Below, in pieces: positions 19,096 through 27,661 of a stretch of 61,078 nucleotides of DNA. Source of the stretch: a virus (lineage: Duplodnaviria; Caudoviricetes). The notes under the pieces are model-generated. The model worked only from the letters and a program-made list of their open reading frames with translations. It searched no databases and was not told the DNA's origin. The stretch covers positions 1-61,078 of IMG/VR virus record IMGVR_UViG_3300029442_000005, one strand, 5' to 3'. The position numbers and the translations under genes are program-made. Position 1 is the stretch's first letter. Each line of letters begins with the position of its first letter.

Positions 19096-19734
19096 TTACT
19101 TTAATTTCAGTGACTTAATAAATCCAACTGCTTCATTCGTTAAATATTGTTGGACTCTCTTGTCGTTAGCTGCTTCTTTACTTAAATTAAACAGCTTATA
19201 TCCGCCCTTATAATTCATCAAACTCTCGTAAATTGGTGTTGGATATGCATTTGGAGCAGACGGTTGAGCTACACAATCAATAGTGATTATTTCAAATCCA
19301 CTTACGTTACCGCTACTTTCATTTACTTCTCCGCTCCCTCTACTACTTACACCTAATTTAACACCAGCTTCTAACATTACTTTAATAATATTTCCCATTG
19401 GCGTTGGGATAATCTTTAACTTACCACAACCCTTAGATCCTTCCATCCACATTTCAGTAATCATATGAGTTACTCTATCTAAATTAATATTTAAATCTGT
19501 TGGATGATCAATCTCTCCTAAAATACTAAGGCCGTTTGATAATTGTTCTCGTAAAGCACTTACAGCTACTTCAATTTCACGTTTTGGATAAACTCTTCCA
19601 TTGGCATTTTTAATATCGCCTTCAATGAAAGTACCCTTCATGTATAAGTCTTTTCCGCCATTGGGAGAATCTTCATTTAAAAGCACAATATTAGCTTTAG
19701 AGTGTGTAATATATTCGTTTAATGGAATTCTCAT
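19096..19734 (-). CDS. gp21: Prohead protease, T4 gp21-like
   Basis: KNANGRVYP, LGEIDHP, LGVSSRGSG, DCVAQPSAPNAY motifs. Confidence 0.93.
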   Translation of the reverse strand: MRIPLNEYITHSKANIVLLNEDSPNGGKDLYMKGTFIEGDIKNANGRVYPKREIEVAVSALREQLSNGLSILGEIDHPTDLNINLDRVTHMITEMWMEGSKGCGKLKIIPTPMGNIIKVMLEAGVKLGVSSRGSGEVNESSGNVSGFEIITIDCVAQPSAPNAYPTPIYESLMNYKGGYKLFNLSKEAANDKRVQQYLTNEAVGFIKSLKLK

Positions 19735-19820
19735 TTATTTTCCTTATTCTTCGCTTTAAACTGGGCTCCATATATTTTATTATATAGAGCCCGTAGTAAC
19801 GAAGTCATTGCGGAGAGTTG

Positions 19821-20774
19821 TTACTTCTTTTTCTTACTTGGCTTTACTGCAGGCTTTGTAAGTGGTTTGTTAACTTTTTTTGATTCTAAAACACCTTTCT
19901 TGTTAGTGCCTTCAATTTCTTTATTTACTGCCTTCGGTGCTGGATTCAATTTAGATCCTGCTCCACCTTGTGCATTGCGAATTTTGTCAGTTGTTAAAGG
20001 CTTTGTAGTTGGCGCTGGGCGACCCTTTGCTTCTCCACCTTGTACCAAATTCTTTGCAGTTCCACCCATATCATTTTTCTTAGCAATAATACTCTTGGAA
20101 TTTACGCCTTCTTCTTTAGTTGATGCAATACCTTTACCACTCTTGTAAGGTTCACCAATCTTTTCGGTGTATTCACGGATAAAGCTTTCGTCTAGCTCTT
20201 CGTCGTCTTCATCAGATTCATCAGATTCATCAGATTCTAGTTCATCTTCATCAGATTCTAGTTCATCTTCATCAGATTCTAGTTCATCTTCATCAGATTC
20301 TAGTTCATCTTCATCAGCTTCTAGTTCGCCTTCTTCGCCTTCTTTTTCTGACATAATTTTTTCAAATTGTGCTTTTAAGTCAGCTAATGATATTTCTAGT
20401 TCTTCTGCTGAATCTTCTAGATTAACTACTCGATTTTCAATTGCTTCTTCTTCGCCTTCAACTGCATTGTCTTCTTCGTCTGCAAAATCGTCTGAAGCAA
20501 AATCATCTTCGTCAGAAGCAAATTCGTCTTCGTCATCGCTGACAAATTCGTCGTCAGCTTCTAATCCATCTTCATCGCCCATTTCAGGCTGTGCTTCTAA
20601 CATGTCAGGATTTACTTCTTCGTGTTCTACTTCATCGAGTGTGTTTTCTAAAGTATCAAAAGATTCGTAAATTTTTCTGCTCTTACTAACAACAATTTGA
20701 TGAAAAAGCTTTGCTGCATTCTTTTCATCACTTTCAATAATAAAATTAATTAATCGTTCAAAATTGCGTGACAT
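19821..20774 (-). CDS. Acidic prohead core/internal protein
   Basis: Very acidic centre and basic tail; first gene of the head operon, with TATAAATA (20805-20812) and AAGGAGA RBS. Confidence 0.65.
   Translation of the reverse strand: MSRNFERLINFIIESDEKNAAKLFHQIVVSKSRKIYESFDTLENTLDEVEHEEVNPDMLEAQPEMGDEDGLEADDEFVSDDEDEFASDEDDFASDDFADEEDNAVEGEEEAIENRVVNLEDSAEELEISLADLKAQFEKIMSEKEGEEGELEADEDELESDEDELESDEDELESDEDELESDESDESDEDDEELDESFIREYTEKIGEPYKSGKGIASTKEEGVNSKSIIAKKNDMGGTAKNLVQGGEAKGRPAPTTKPLTTDKIRNAQGGAGSKLNPAPKAVNKEIEGTNKKGVLESKKVNKPLTKPAVKPSKKKK
20209..20327 (-). repeat. Coding tandem repeats: 3x9 nt plus 4x21 nt (SDE / ELESDED)
   Basis: TCATCAGAT x3, then TCTAGTTCATCTTCATCAGAT x4 (last copy has one mismatch). 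Confidence 0.9.
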
Positions 20775-20879
20775 ACATTCTCCTTGTGCAATGATTCGTA
20801 TTAATATTTATAAATGCAACAAAAAATATACCAATTAAGAACACAAATTGGTGTTATTTATAATTATTTACTTATTAAC

Positions 20880-20909
20880 TTGAAGTAATCACCGTGACCA
20901 TGTTATACT
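20880..20909 (+). promoter_or_regulatory. Sigma70-like promoter for gp47/gp46
   Basis: TTGAAG, 18-nt spacer, TGn-TATACT. Confidence 0.55.
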
Positions 20910-20922
20910 ATAAGTATTACTG

Positions 20923-21933
20923 ATGAACTTATTTAAGAAAGCCCTAATTTGCGGTGATGGCCACTTTGGATTGAAGTCTAATAGTGACACCCATAATCAA
21001 GATTGTATCGATTTTATAAAATGGACAATTACAATGGCAAAAGAACAAGGTTGTGAAACTTGTATTTTTCTAGGTGACTATTTTAATAATAGGGCAACTA
21101 TCAATGTTAGAACTATGGACTATGCATTAAATGGTCTGGAACTATTAAGTGGAGCATTCGAAAAAGTTATCATGATACTTGGTAATCATGATATATTTTA
21201 TCGTGAATCACGAAATATTAATAGTGTTGCGTGGGCCCGTAATATTCCAAATATTCACATTATAAATAATATTGAAAATATTGGCAATTGTGTTTTAGTG
21301 CCTTGGTTAGTTGGCGACGAATTTAAACAACTATATAATCAACAAGGAAAGTATATGTTTGGGCACTTAGAATTACCAAACTTCTTAATGAATGCTATGG
21401 TGAGAATGCCAGATGTTGGTGAACTTACTATAGATAATTTCAATAAAGTAGAACAAGTATTTTCTGGCCACTTTCATATGCGACAAAAGCAAGCCAATAT
21501 AAATTATATTGGTAATTGGTTTCCACATAATTATGGCGATGCAGGAGATAACGCCAGAGGTATTACTATACTCGAATGGGGTAAAGAAATAGAGTATTTT
21601 TCGTGGGATAAAGCTCCTAGATATATTGTTCATAATATAAGCGATATTATTGAAGCTCCAGAAAAATATATGTTACCACGAAGTTATGTACGTCTAAAAC
21701 TAGATGTAGATTTATCATATGAAGAAGCTACATTTATTAAAGAAACATTTGTACAGAACTACAATTTGCGAGAAATTAATTTAATACCTATAAAGCAAGA
21801 TCTTCAGACCGATAGCGGAGAAATAGCGATACCTTTTGAAAATATAGATACTATGGTATATAATCAAATTTCAGCTATTAATAATGAATTCTATGACTCA
21901 CAAATTTTAACAAACATTTACTCAAATTTATAA
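20923..21933 (+). CDS. gp47: Recombination endonuclease, gp47 / Mre11-SbcD-like
   Basis: Metallophosphoesterase motifs GDGHFG, LGDYF, GNHD, FGHLE, SGHFH. Confidence 0.93.
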   Translation: MNLFKKALICGDGHFGLKSNSDTHNQDCIDFIKWTITMAKEQGCETCIFLGDYFNNRATINVRTMDYALNGLELLSGAFEKVIMILGNHDIFYRESRNINSVAWARNIPNIHIINNIENIGNCVLVPWLVGDEFKQLYNQQGKYMFGHLELPNFLMNAMVRMPDVGELTIDNFNKVEQVFSGHFHMRQKQANINYIGNWFPHNYGDAGDNARGITILEWGKEIEYFSWDKAPRYIVHNISDIIEAPEKYMLPRSYVRLKLDVDLSYEEATFIKETFVQNYNLREINLIPIKQDLQTDSGEIAIPFENIDTMVYNQISAINNEFYDSQILTNIYSNL

Positions 21934-21936
21934 ACT

Positions 21937-23691
21937 ATGATAAAACTTAACAGCGTTACCATTAAAAACTTTCTTTCTATCGGCAATAATACACAAAGTG
22001 TCCAACTTGATACAGATCAATTAACACTTGTATTAGGTGAAAATATTGATCTAGGAGGTGAAGATTCTGGAAATCGTAATGGCGTCGGTAAGTCTTCTCT
22101 ATTCCAAGCTATTTCTTATGCATTATTTGGACAATCATTATCTGGAATCAAAAAAGATAATCTTATAAACAAAACAAACGCTAAGAATATGTTAGTTACA
22201 TGCGATTTTTCAATTAATGGTAAAAAATATCGTATTGAGCGCGGACGAAAGCCTGGCATTTTAAAATTTTTAATTGATGAAGTTGAACAAGTAACTGTTG
22301 ATCAATCAATGGGCGACAGTGCTGAAACTCAACTTGTTATTAATAAACTTCTTGGTATGACTCATATTATGTTTAAGAATATTGTCTTACTTAATACATA
22401 TACTGAGCCATTTCTGAACATGTCAGTTGGTGATCAACGTATTATTATTGAACAGTTACTTGGGATTACGTTACTAACAGAAAAAGCTGACAAGTTACGT
22501 GAACAGATGAAAACTACTAAGGAACTTATCTGTAAAGAAGACATGAGAATCGTAGCAGTTCAAAATGCAAATAAACGATTGCAGGAACAAATCGATAGTA
22601 CTAAGCGTCGGCAAAAAATGTGGCTTGCAAAACACAAAGAAGATGAAGGCAATTTAACTATTGCAATAAATGAGTTATCAAATATAAACATAACAGAAGA
22701 GATTCAAAATCACAAAAATCAAGCACAATATAATAGCTATCTACAAGAAATTAAAGAGTTAAATAGTAATTTAGATCGAAAAAAGTCTGATTTACAAAAA
22801 GATTTAAAGTCTATTGAAAAACTTAAGAAAGAAATAAGTTCACTCAACGAAAATACGTGTTATGCTTGTGGTCAATCAGTTCATAATCATCAAGATCAAA
22901 TTGTTGATAAAGAACAATCATTAACTTCTGCCCAAACATCACTAACAAGTTTAAAAGCCGACATAGTTACATTTAATATGAAGATATTAAACTTAAAAGT
23001 TATTGAAAAACCTACTGTAACATGGTATGATAATGTCAACGATGCTATTGAACACAAAAGTAACTTAGAAAATTTAAAGCAGCAGTTAATGCTCAAACAG
23101 CAAGAAATTGACCCATATTCAGAACAAATAGAAGATATGAATATTAAAGGTTTAGAAGAGATAAAATTTGATACTATGAATGGATTGAAACGCATTCAAG
23201 ACCACGAAGATTTCTTATTAAAGCTGCTAACAAATAAAGATAGTTTTATCCGTAAACAAATTATTAATCAAAATTTAACATTTTTAAATTCTAGATTGAG
23301 CTACTACTTATATAAGTTAGGATTACCTCACACTGTTGTATTTCAAAATGACTTATCTGTCACTATTACTGAATTTGGCAGAGATCTAGATTGGGGTAAT
23401 CTATCAAGAGGTGAAGCAAGTAGAACTATTTTAAGTTTAAGTTTGAGTTTTAGGGATGTATGGGAAAGCCTATATCAACCAATTAATCTGTTGAGTTTAG
23501 ATGAGATGTTAGATAGTGGAATTGATACTGCTGGCGTTGAAAATGCCATGGGCATCTTAAAGCATATGTCTAGGGATAAAAAGAGAAGTGTTTGGTTAGT
23601 AAGTCATAGAGAAGAATTAGCAAGTAGAGTAAATAGTACTGTTGTAGTTACTAAAGAAAATGGGTTTTCACAATTTCACCAGGATAAATAA
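21937..23691 (+). CDS. gp46: Recombination ATPase, gp46 / Rad50-SbcC-like
   Basis: Walker A NGVGKS, coiled coil with CYAC zinc hook, LSRGE signature, LSLDE Walker B, VSH. Confidence 0.95.
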   Translation: MIKLNSVTIKNFLSIGNNTQSVQLDTDQLTLVLGENIDLGGEDSGNRNGVGKSSLFQAISYALFGQSLSGIKKDNLINKTNAKNMLVTCDFSINGKKYRIERGRKPGILKFLIDEVEQVTVDQSMGDSAETQLVINKLLGMTHIMFKNIVLLNTYTEPFLNMSVGDQRIIIEQLLGITLLTEKADKLREQMKTTKELICKEDMRIVAVQNANKRLQEQIDSTKRRQKMWLAKHKEDEGNLTIAINELSNINITEEIQNHKNQAQYNSYLQEIKELNSNLDRKKSDLQKDLKSIEKLKKEISSLNENTCYACGQSVHNHQDQIVDKEQSLTSAQTSLTSLKADIVTFNMKILNLKVIEKPTVTWYDNVNDAIEHKSNLENLKQQLMLKQQEIDPYSEQIEDMNIKGLEEIKFDTMNGLKRIQDHEDFLLKLLTNKDSFIRKQIINQNLTFLNSRLSYYLYKLGLPHTVVFQNDLSVTITEFGRDLDWGNLSRGEASRTILSLSLSFRDVWESLYQPINLLSLDEMLDSGIDTAGVENAMGILKHMSRDKKRSVWLVSHREELASRVNSTVVVTKENGFSQFHQDK

Positions 23692-23696
23692 TATGT

Positions 23697-24149
23697 ATGA
23701 ACACTGGACACTGGTCTTTCCCACATGACTTTAACCCTGACGAATGGTTTGGCTTTATATATAGAATAATTGAAATAGATACTGGTCGAGAATATATCGG
23801 AAAGAAACAGTTTCATCAACTTCTTAAAAAGAAAGTTAAGAATAGGGTTAACAAGAAACATATCAAGAAAGATTCAGACTGGATGACTTACACTAGCTCG
23901 TCAGAGCATATCAACAATGCAATTAAACTTAAGGGTATGAGTAACTATCAGTTTTTTATTGAATCACTACATAAAACTAGAGCTTCATTATACTATGCTG
24001 AGATAAATGTACAAATTCATGAAGATGTATTGCGTACTAGATTAGCAGATGGAGTTACACCAAAATATTTTAATAGATGTATTAGTTCTAATGTTAAATT
24101 TATTCCACCAATGGAAACTTTAGAAGAATCACAGATGAAAAGTAGTTGA
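23697..24149 (+). CDS. GIY-YIG nuclease (endonuclease II/Seg-like)
   Basis: FGFIYRII...GREYIGKKQF...SDWMTYTSSS; TAAATA at 23685-23690. Confidence 0.8.
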   Translation: MNTGHWSFPHDFNPDEWFGFIYRIIEIDTGREYIGKKQFHQLLKKKVKNRVNKKHIKKDSDWMTYTSSSEHINNAIKLKGMSNYQFFIESLHKTRASLYYAEINVQIHEDVLRTRLADGVTPKYFNRCISSNVKFIPPMETLEESQMKSS

Positions 24150-24175
24150 CACTTGTTACTGTTTCATGTTACTAT
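24146..24175 (+). promoter_or_regulatory. Sigma70-like promoter
   Basis: TTGACA (24146-24151), 18-nt spacer, TGn-TACTAT (24170-24175), 5 nt before ATG 24181. Confidence 0.65.
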
Positions 24176-24180
24176 TGTAT

Positions 24181-24621
24181 ATGAAGGAACGGAGAATACA
24201 GAAAGAAATTAAACAAACTGATTTCTCAAAAGTGCATTTTCTTCTTCCCACAAATAGATATCAAATCTTTCCATCGAATTCACAAAAGGATCAACTTTGT
24301 AAATTATTTGATGATAGCTGGATTGATGAAATTATTTGGCAGAGTTATAATTTACCAGAAAATTCACTTAATAGAATGCCAAAGTATGCAAAGTTAAACA
24401 AAGTATCTACGTATAGAAAAATTATACGTTCCACAAAACAAGTTAAATTTGAAGAAGAATATATACAGATTAAATCAAAAATTGGAAAGATCAAAATTTC
24501 ACTAAAAATTAAAAATTTATCAGAGTTCAACTATGTTGTTATTCATACTGCTAATAATGAGCAATGGTTCATTGATTTTGAAAATATCGCTGAACCAATT
24601 TGGGCAGATGAAAAAATCTAA
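24181..24621 (+). CDS. Hypothetical basic protein
   Basis: ORF track entry 24166-24621; start moved to 24181 because 24166 lies inside the promoter; no motif recognised. Confidence 0.6.
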   Translation: MKERRIQKEIKQTDFSKVHFLLPTNRYQIFPSNSQKDQLCKLFDDSWIDEIIWQSYNLPENSLNRMPKYAKLNKVSTYRKIIRSTKQVKFEEEYIQIKSKIGKIKISLKIKNLSEFNYVVIHTANNEQWFIDFENIAEPIWADEKI

Positions 24622-24649
24622 TGTGAATAATATCATGATAAATAATTTT

Positions 24650-25225
24650 AGGGAGGTAACTTTATAAAATATTAAAATAAACACATTTTTATTGGTTATA
24701 ATCACAATAAAAATGTAGTAACATATTACTTCATCCAGATAGCATTAACAGTGGTTGAATGCAGCTAATCTTAAAGAGGATCGAAAGCGGATGAGAAAGG
24801 GGTTGTTCATCTCGAACAACTGGCCATAGCTCGGGTTATCAAAAAGAGATAAGAACTCGAAGTAGATACGTATTGAACTGAGTGAAAACTTGGAAGAACT
24901 TACGGTTATGGTGTAGTGTGTAAAATGATTATATATAACTTAAAATTTGAATTCTTAATAGCAGGTCTATTAATTTTGGATTGAAGGTAGAATTACACAA
25001 ATAACGATGATGGAAATGAGAGAAAGCAACCATCACTTGACATAAGTTTTTTTGTTAACTAATATCAAGCACCGCTGGGCTAACTTTGTTAGCAAAAATT
25101 AGAATGAGTAGGTACAGGCCAACCGCCTACGATAAAATAGTTCTAAACAAAAATGAATCAAATTTGTTATTAAAAGTTATAACGTCGCTGATTTTTATTT
25201 TTTCTAGAAATAGGAAAAATATGAA
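24650..25225 (+). ncRNA. Candidate large structured non-coding RNA (~570 nt), family unassigned
   Basis: No ORF; GATAAATA at 24637-24644; more than 12 nested helices with + strand G-U pairs and GAAA tetraloops; boundaries approximate. Confidence 0.6.
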
Positions 25226-25266
25226 TTAAATATCATATTAAACAAATAGAAACATAATAAGAAAAG

Positions 25267-25673
25267 AACTTCGAGTGAAACGAAAATGAGTTTAGTACAA
25301 ATGAGTTGAGCGAATGCGAAACGAAGTTGTACTAAACGAAATGTGTTACTGCAAGAACGAAGTGAAGGCAGTAACTAACTGAGTGAGCATTGCGAACGAA
25401 AATAATAACAAATGAAAAACATAATAGAACAAATAAAATTAATGAATATTTCTAAAATAAATTTTGTGTGTACTAAAAAATTTGTGAGTTATATATTCGC
25501 TGCGCTCTGTCGTTGCACTCGCGTTGCTCGTCGCAACGATAATGGAACATCAGATTTTCTTCGCAGTCGTTCGTTACACTCACTCAGCTCTGAAAATCCA
25601 TTTCTTTCACTTCGTTTTTCTTTTCTATTCGCTTCGCTTCTGTAGCTGCATTCGCTGCGCTCATACAGCTACA
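25267..25673. other. Divergent array of G.A-mismatch mini-hairpins around an AT-rich spacer (candidate origin/ssDNA signal)
   Basis: Four GA-NN-loop-NN-GA elements on + (25273-25399) and six on - (25497-25662); several are enclosed by perfect 7-10 bp stems. Confidence 0.55.
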
Positions 25674-25739
25674 AAAGCAAAATGAATCTAAATTTTTGCG
25701 AATTAAAAACAAATTTTTTTATGAAATTGAGTTCCGAAT

Positions 25740-25916
25740 TTAAAAATATGGAAGTTGTGTTTTACTTGTTATTTCGAGATTGCTTTTTACTATATCATTG
25801 AGAATTTCTCTGTCTTTTTCACTTAGCTGATACATTTCAGTCAATGAAATACCGCCACGTAAAAACCAACATAATGTATAAATTTCTTTCTTAATTACTT
25901 TAATGTTGTGCTCCAT
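25740..25916 (-). CDS. Small baseplate/tail assembly protein (gp51-like), probably the -1 frameshift extension of the upstream gene
   Basis: 58-aa ORF below the track cutoff: MEHNIKVIKKEIYTLCWFLRGGISLTEMYQLSEKDREILNDIVKSNLEITSKTQLPYF; frame stays open back to the T8 run at 25972-25979. Confidence 0.7.
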   Translation of the reverse strand: MEHNIKVIKKEIYTLCWFLRGGISLTEMYQLSEKDREILNDIVKSNLEITSKTQLPYF

Positions 25917-25957
25917 ATTATCAAGTAACTTCTGTGTTTCTTCAGAAGTATTCGATG

Positions 25958-26791
25958 CTAGAAGCTTAGAGAAAAAAAACTTGTATACTCTAGACTAAAT
26001 TCTGTTTTAAATTCTTCCCTACAACTTTCACACATAAGTTCTAACTTATTACATTTAGTTGCTTCTTTGAGTTTAGCAGTATGCATTTTGAGTTTATCAC
26101 CAGTTGACTTATCAGCATTAACTACAAACTCATGTATGAAATCTCTTTCAGTTACTAATTGACCCTTAACAGCAATATTATTAATAGTATTGATAATAAA
26201 TAACACTTCTAATTGCTGTAACTCGTTTATAATAGTATTTGTAATATGCTCTTTTTCATCTGGATCTTTAACATCATTTATCTGTTTAGATTGTTTCTGA
26301 TATTGAAATAATTTTAACTGATGATCACATTGTTGTTTAAAAGAGCACGGTTTGAAAGTAAATGATAAATCTCCAATTACAAGTTTCTCATTCCATAAAT
26401 TTGAATTAAATTTTGAAAGATGATCTTTCAAATCTATATCATAATGACTAACTTCTTTACATTTTCTACATGTTGCTTCTATGGACATTTTTTCGCCCAT
26501 ACTTGCAATCCGTATAGCTATAAGTATTGATTCTATATCAATGCTTGGAATACCCCACGCATCATTAATACCTACAATACAATTTTGTACTAAACTAACT
26601 GTAGCTTCTCCACTCATTAATGCTTCAGGAGTCTGTAACAAAATTTCATCAGCAGCCGTCATACTCATTACTGGTAATTCACCAGATATTGGAAGACTAA
26701 GACTTCCATCGGGCCACCATCTACCATTACTTGGTAGTCTTAGATATAATGATGGTTGTCTAAAATATGCTTTAAGTGGATTGTCTGCCAT
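25958..26791 (-). CDS. gp26: Baseplate hub assembly protein, gp26-like
   Basis: NPLKAYFRQP..LPSNG, MTAADEILL, DIESILIAIRIASMGE, two CxxC pairs, ends SFF. Confidence 0.75.
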   Translation of the reverse strand: MADNPLKAYFRQPSLYLRLPSNGRWWPDGSLSLPISGELPVMSMTAADEILLQTPEALMSGEATVSLVQNCIVGINDAWGIPSIDIESILIAIRIASMGEKMSIEATCRKCKEVSHYDIDLKDHLSKFNSNLWNEKLVIGDLSFTFKPCSFKQQCDHQLKLFQYQKQSKQINDVKDPDEKEHITNTIINELQQLEVLFIINTINNIAVKGQLVTERDFIHEFVVNADKSTGDKLKMHTAKLKEATKCNKLELMCESCREEFKTEFSLEYTSFFSLSF

Positions 26792-26794
26792 AGA

Positions 26795-27661
26795 TTACTC
26801 GAAAAAGGTTGATAAGTTAAAGTTGATTGGCACTTCCCAACTCTTAGGAGCTCCAATTAATTCTTGTTCAGGTGTAGCATATACTGTTTGAGTTTTAAAT
26901 GTTAGCTTTTCTTTTTGTGCATCAACGTGAGCTTGAATAGATCTAAAATATTCTAAATCAATCATTGCTATAAATTGCTTGATTTCATTTGAATTTTCTG
27001 TTGTAAATTCATCAGTTGATACTTTTCTAATACTATCACCAATCATATTAACTGATATGTTACCTAAGCTTTTCATTTGAGTATCTAATTCATTTATTTT
27101 TTCGTCGTTAGATGAAGAGCTGGTTGTTATATCAGATGCTAATTGTTGCTGTTTTATAATTTGCTTTGTAGCCAAGAATAGTGTTCGTAAATTGATAGGC
27201 TTAATAAGTAAATGTAATGTATTACCAGACTCGTTAGATATGTTAAGTTCTTCATCCCAAATAGCTTCTGCATTTGGAAAATCTTTAACAAGCTGTTCTA
27301 TACTTAAATTTATATCTTGAAACTTATCTGTACCAGGGATAGAAACATTATACTTAATTTGGTCACCTTGACTTGCACGTCTAATACTCATCATAATGAC
27401 ATCTAAGTCAACAATTGGAATTTGTTCAGGATCTTTTAAAGCAGGTACACAACTCTTAATAAGGTCGTATGTTGCTTGACTACTTAATAATATTTCACTT
27501 GTTTTGAATCTTGTGTCATCAGAAGCCGTCATTGCATATATTTCTACTTCACCATTAGTAGAACTAATTGTATTTTTTGGATACCATTTTCCTCTACTTG
27601 GTAATAATATAGTAAATTTTGGTTTTCTGAAAAATTGTTGTAATGGGTTGGTTTTATTCAT
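26795..27661 (-). CDS. gp26-like paralog lacking CxxC motifs
   Basis: NPLQQFFRKP..LPSRG, MTASDD, DLDVIMMSIRRASQGD align with the downstream gene. Confidence 0.7.
   Translation of the reverse strand: MNKTNPLQQFFRKPKFTILLPSRGKWYPKNTISSTNGEVEIYAMTASDDTRFKTSEILLSSQATYDLIKSCVPALKDPEQIPIVDLDVIMMSIRRASQGDQIKYNVSIPGTDKFQDINLSIEQLVKDFPNAEAIWDEELNISNESGNTLHLLIKPINLRTLFLATKQIIKQQQLASDITTSSSSNDEKINELDTQMKSLGNISVNMIGDSIRKVSTDEFTTENSNEIKQFIAMIDLEYFRSIQAHVDAQKEKLTFKTQTVYATPEQELIGAPKSWEVPINFNLSTFFE

Noticed and set aside
20167-20670. 167-aa poly-Ser ORF
   Set aside because: Antisense of the acidic Glu/Asp repeat gene
24650-25225. tRNA cluster, tmRNA, RNase P RNA or group I/II intron
   Set aside because: No cloverleaf/TTCGA arms with CCA, no GAGGAAAGTCC, no domain V or P7 consensus seen by eye, and no interrupted host gene; needs a covariance-model search to exclude fully
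25412-25645. 77-aa ORF across the hairpin array
   Set aside because: Composition is dictated by the repeats (Arg/Ser/Leu/Phe), no RBS; better explained as non-coding structure
25267-25673. CRISPR array
   Set aside because: No constant-length identical repeats with unique spacers, and no cas genes
26795-26812. Second frameshift at the end of the upstream gp26 paralog
   Set aside because: Imperfect heptamer, and the -1 frame stops within 10 codons without joining the next gene
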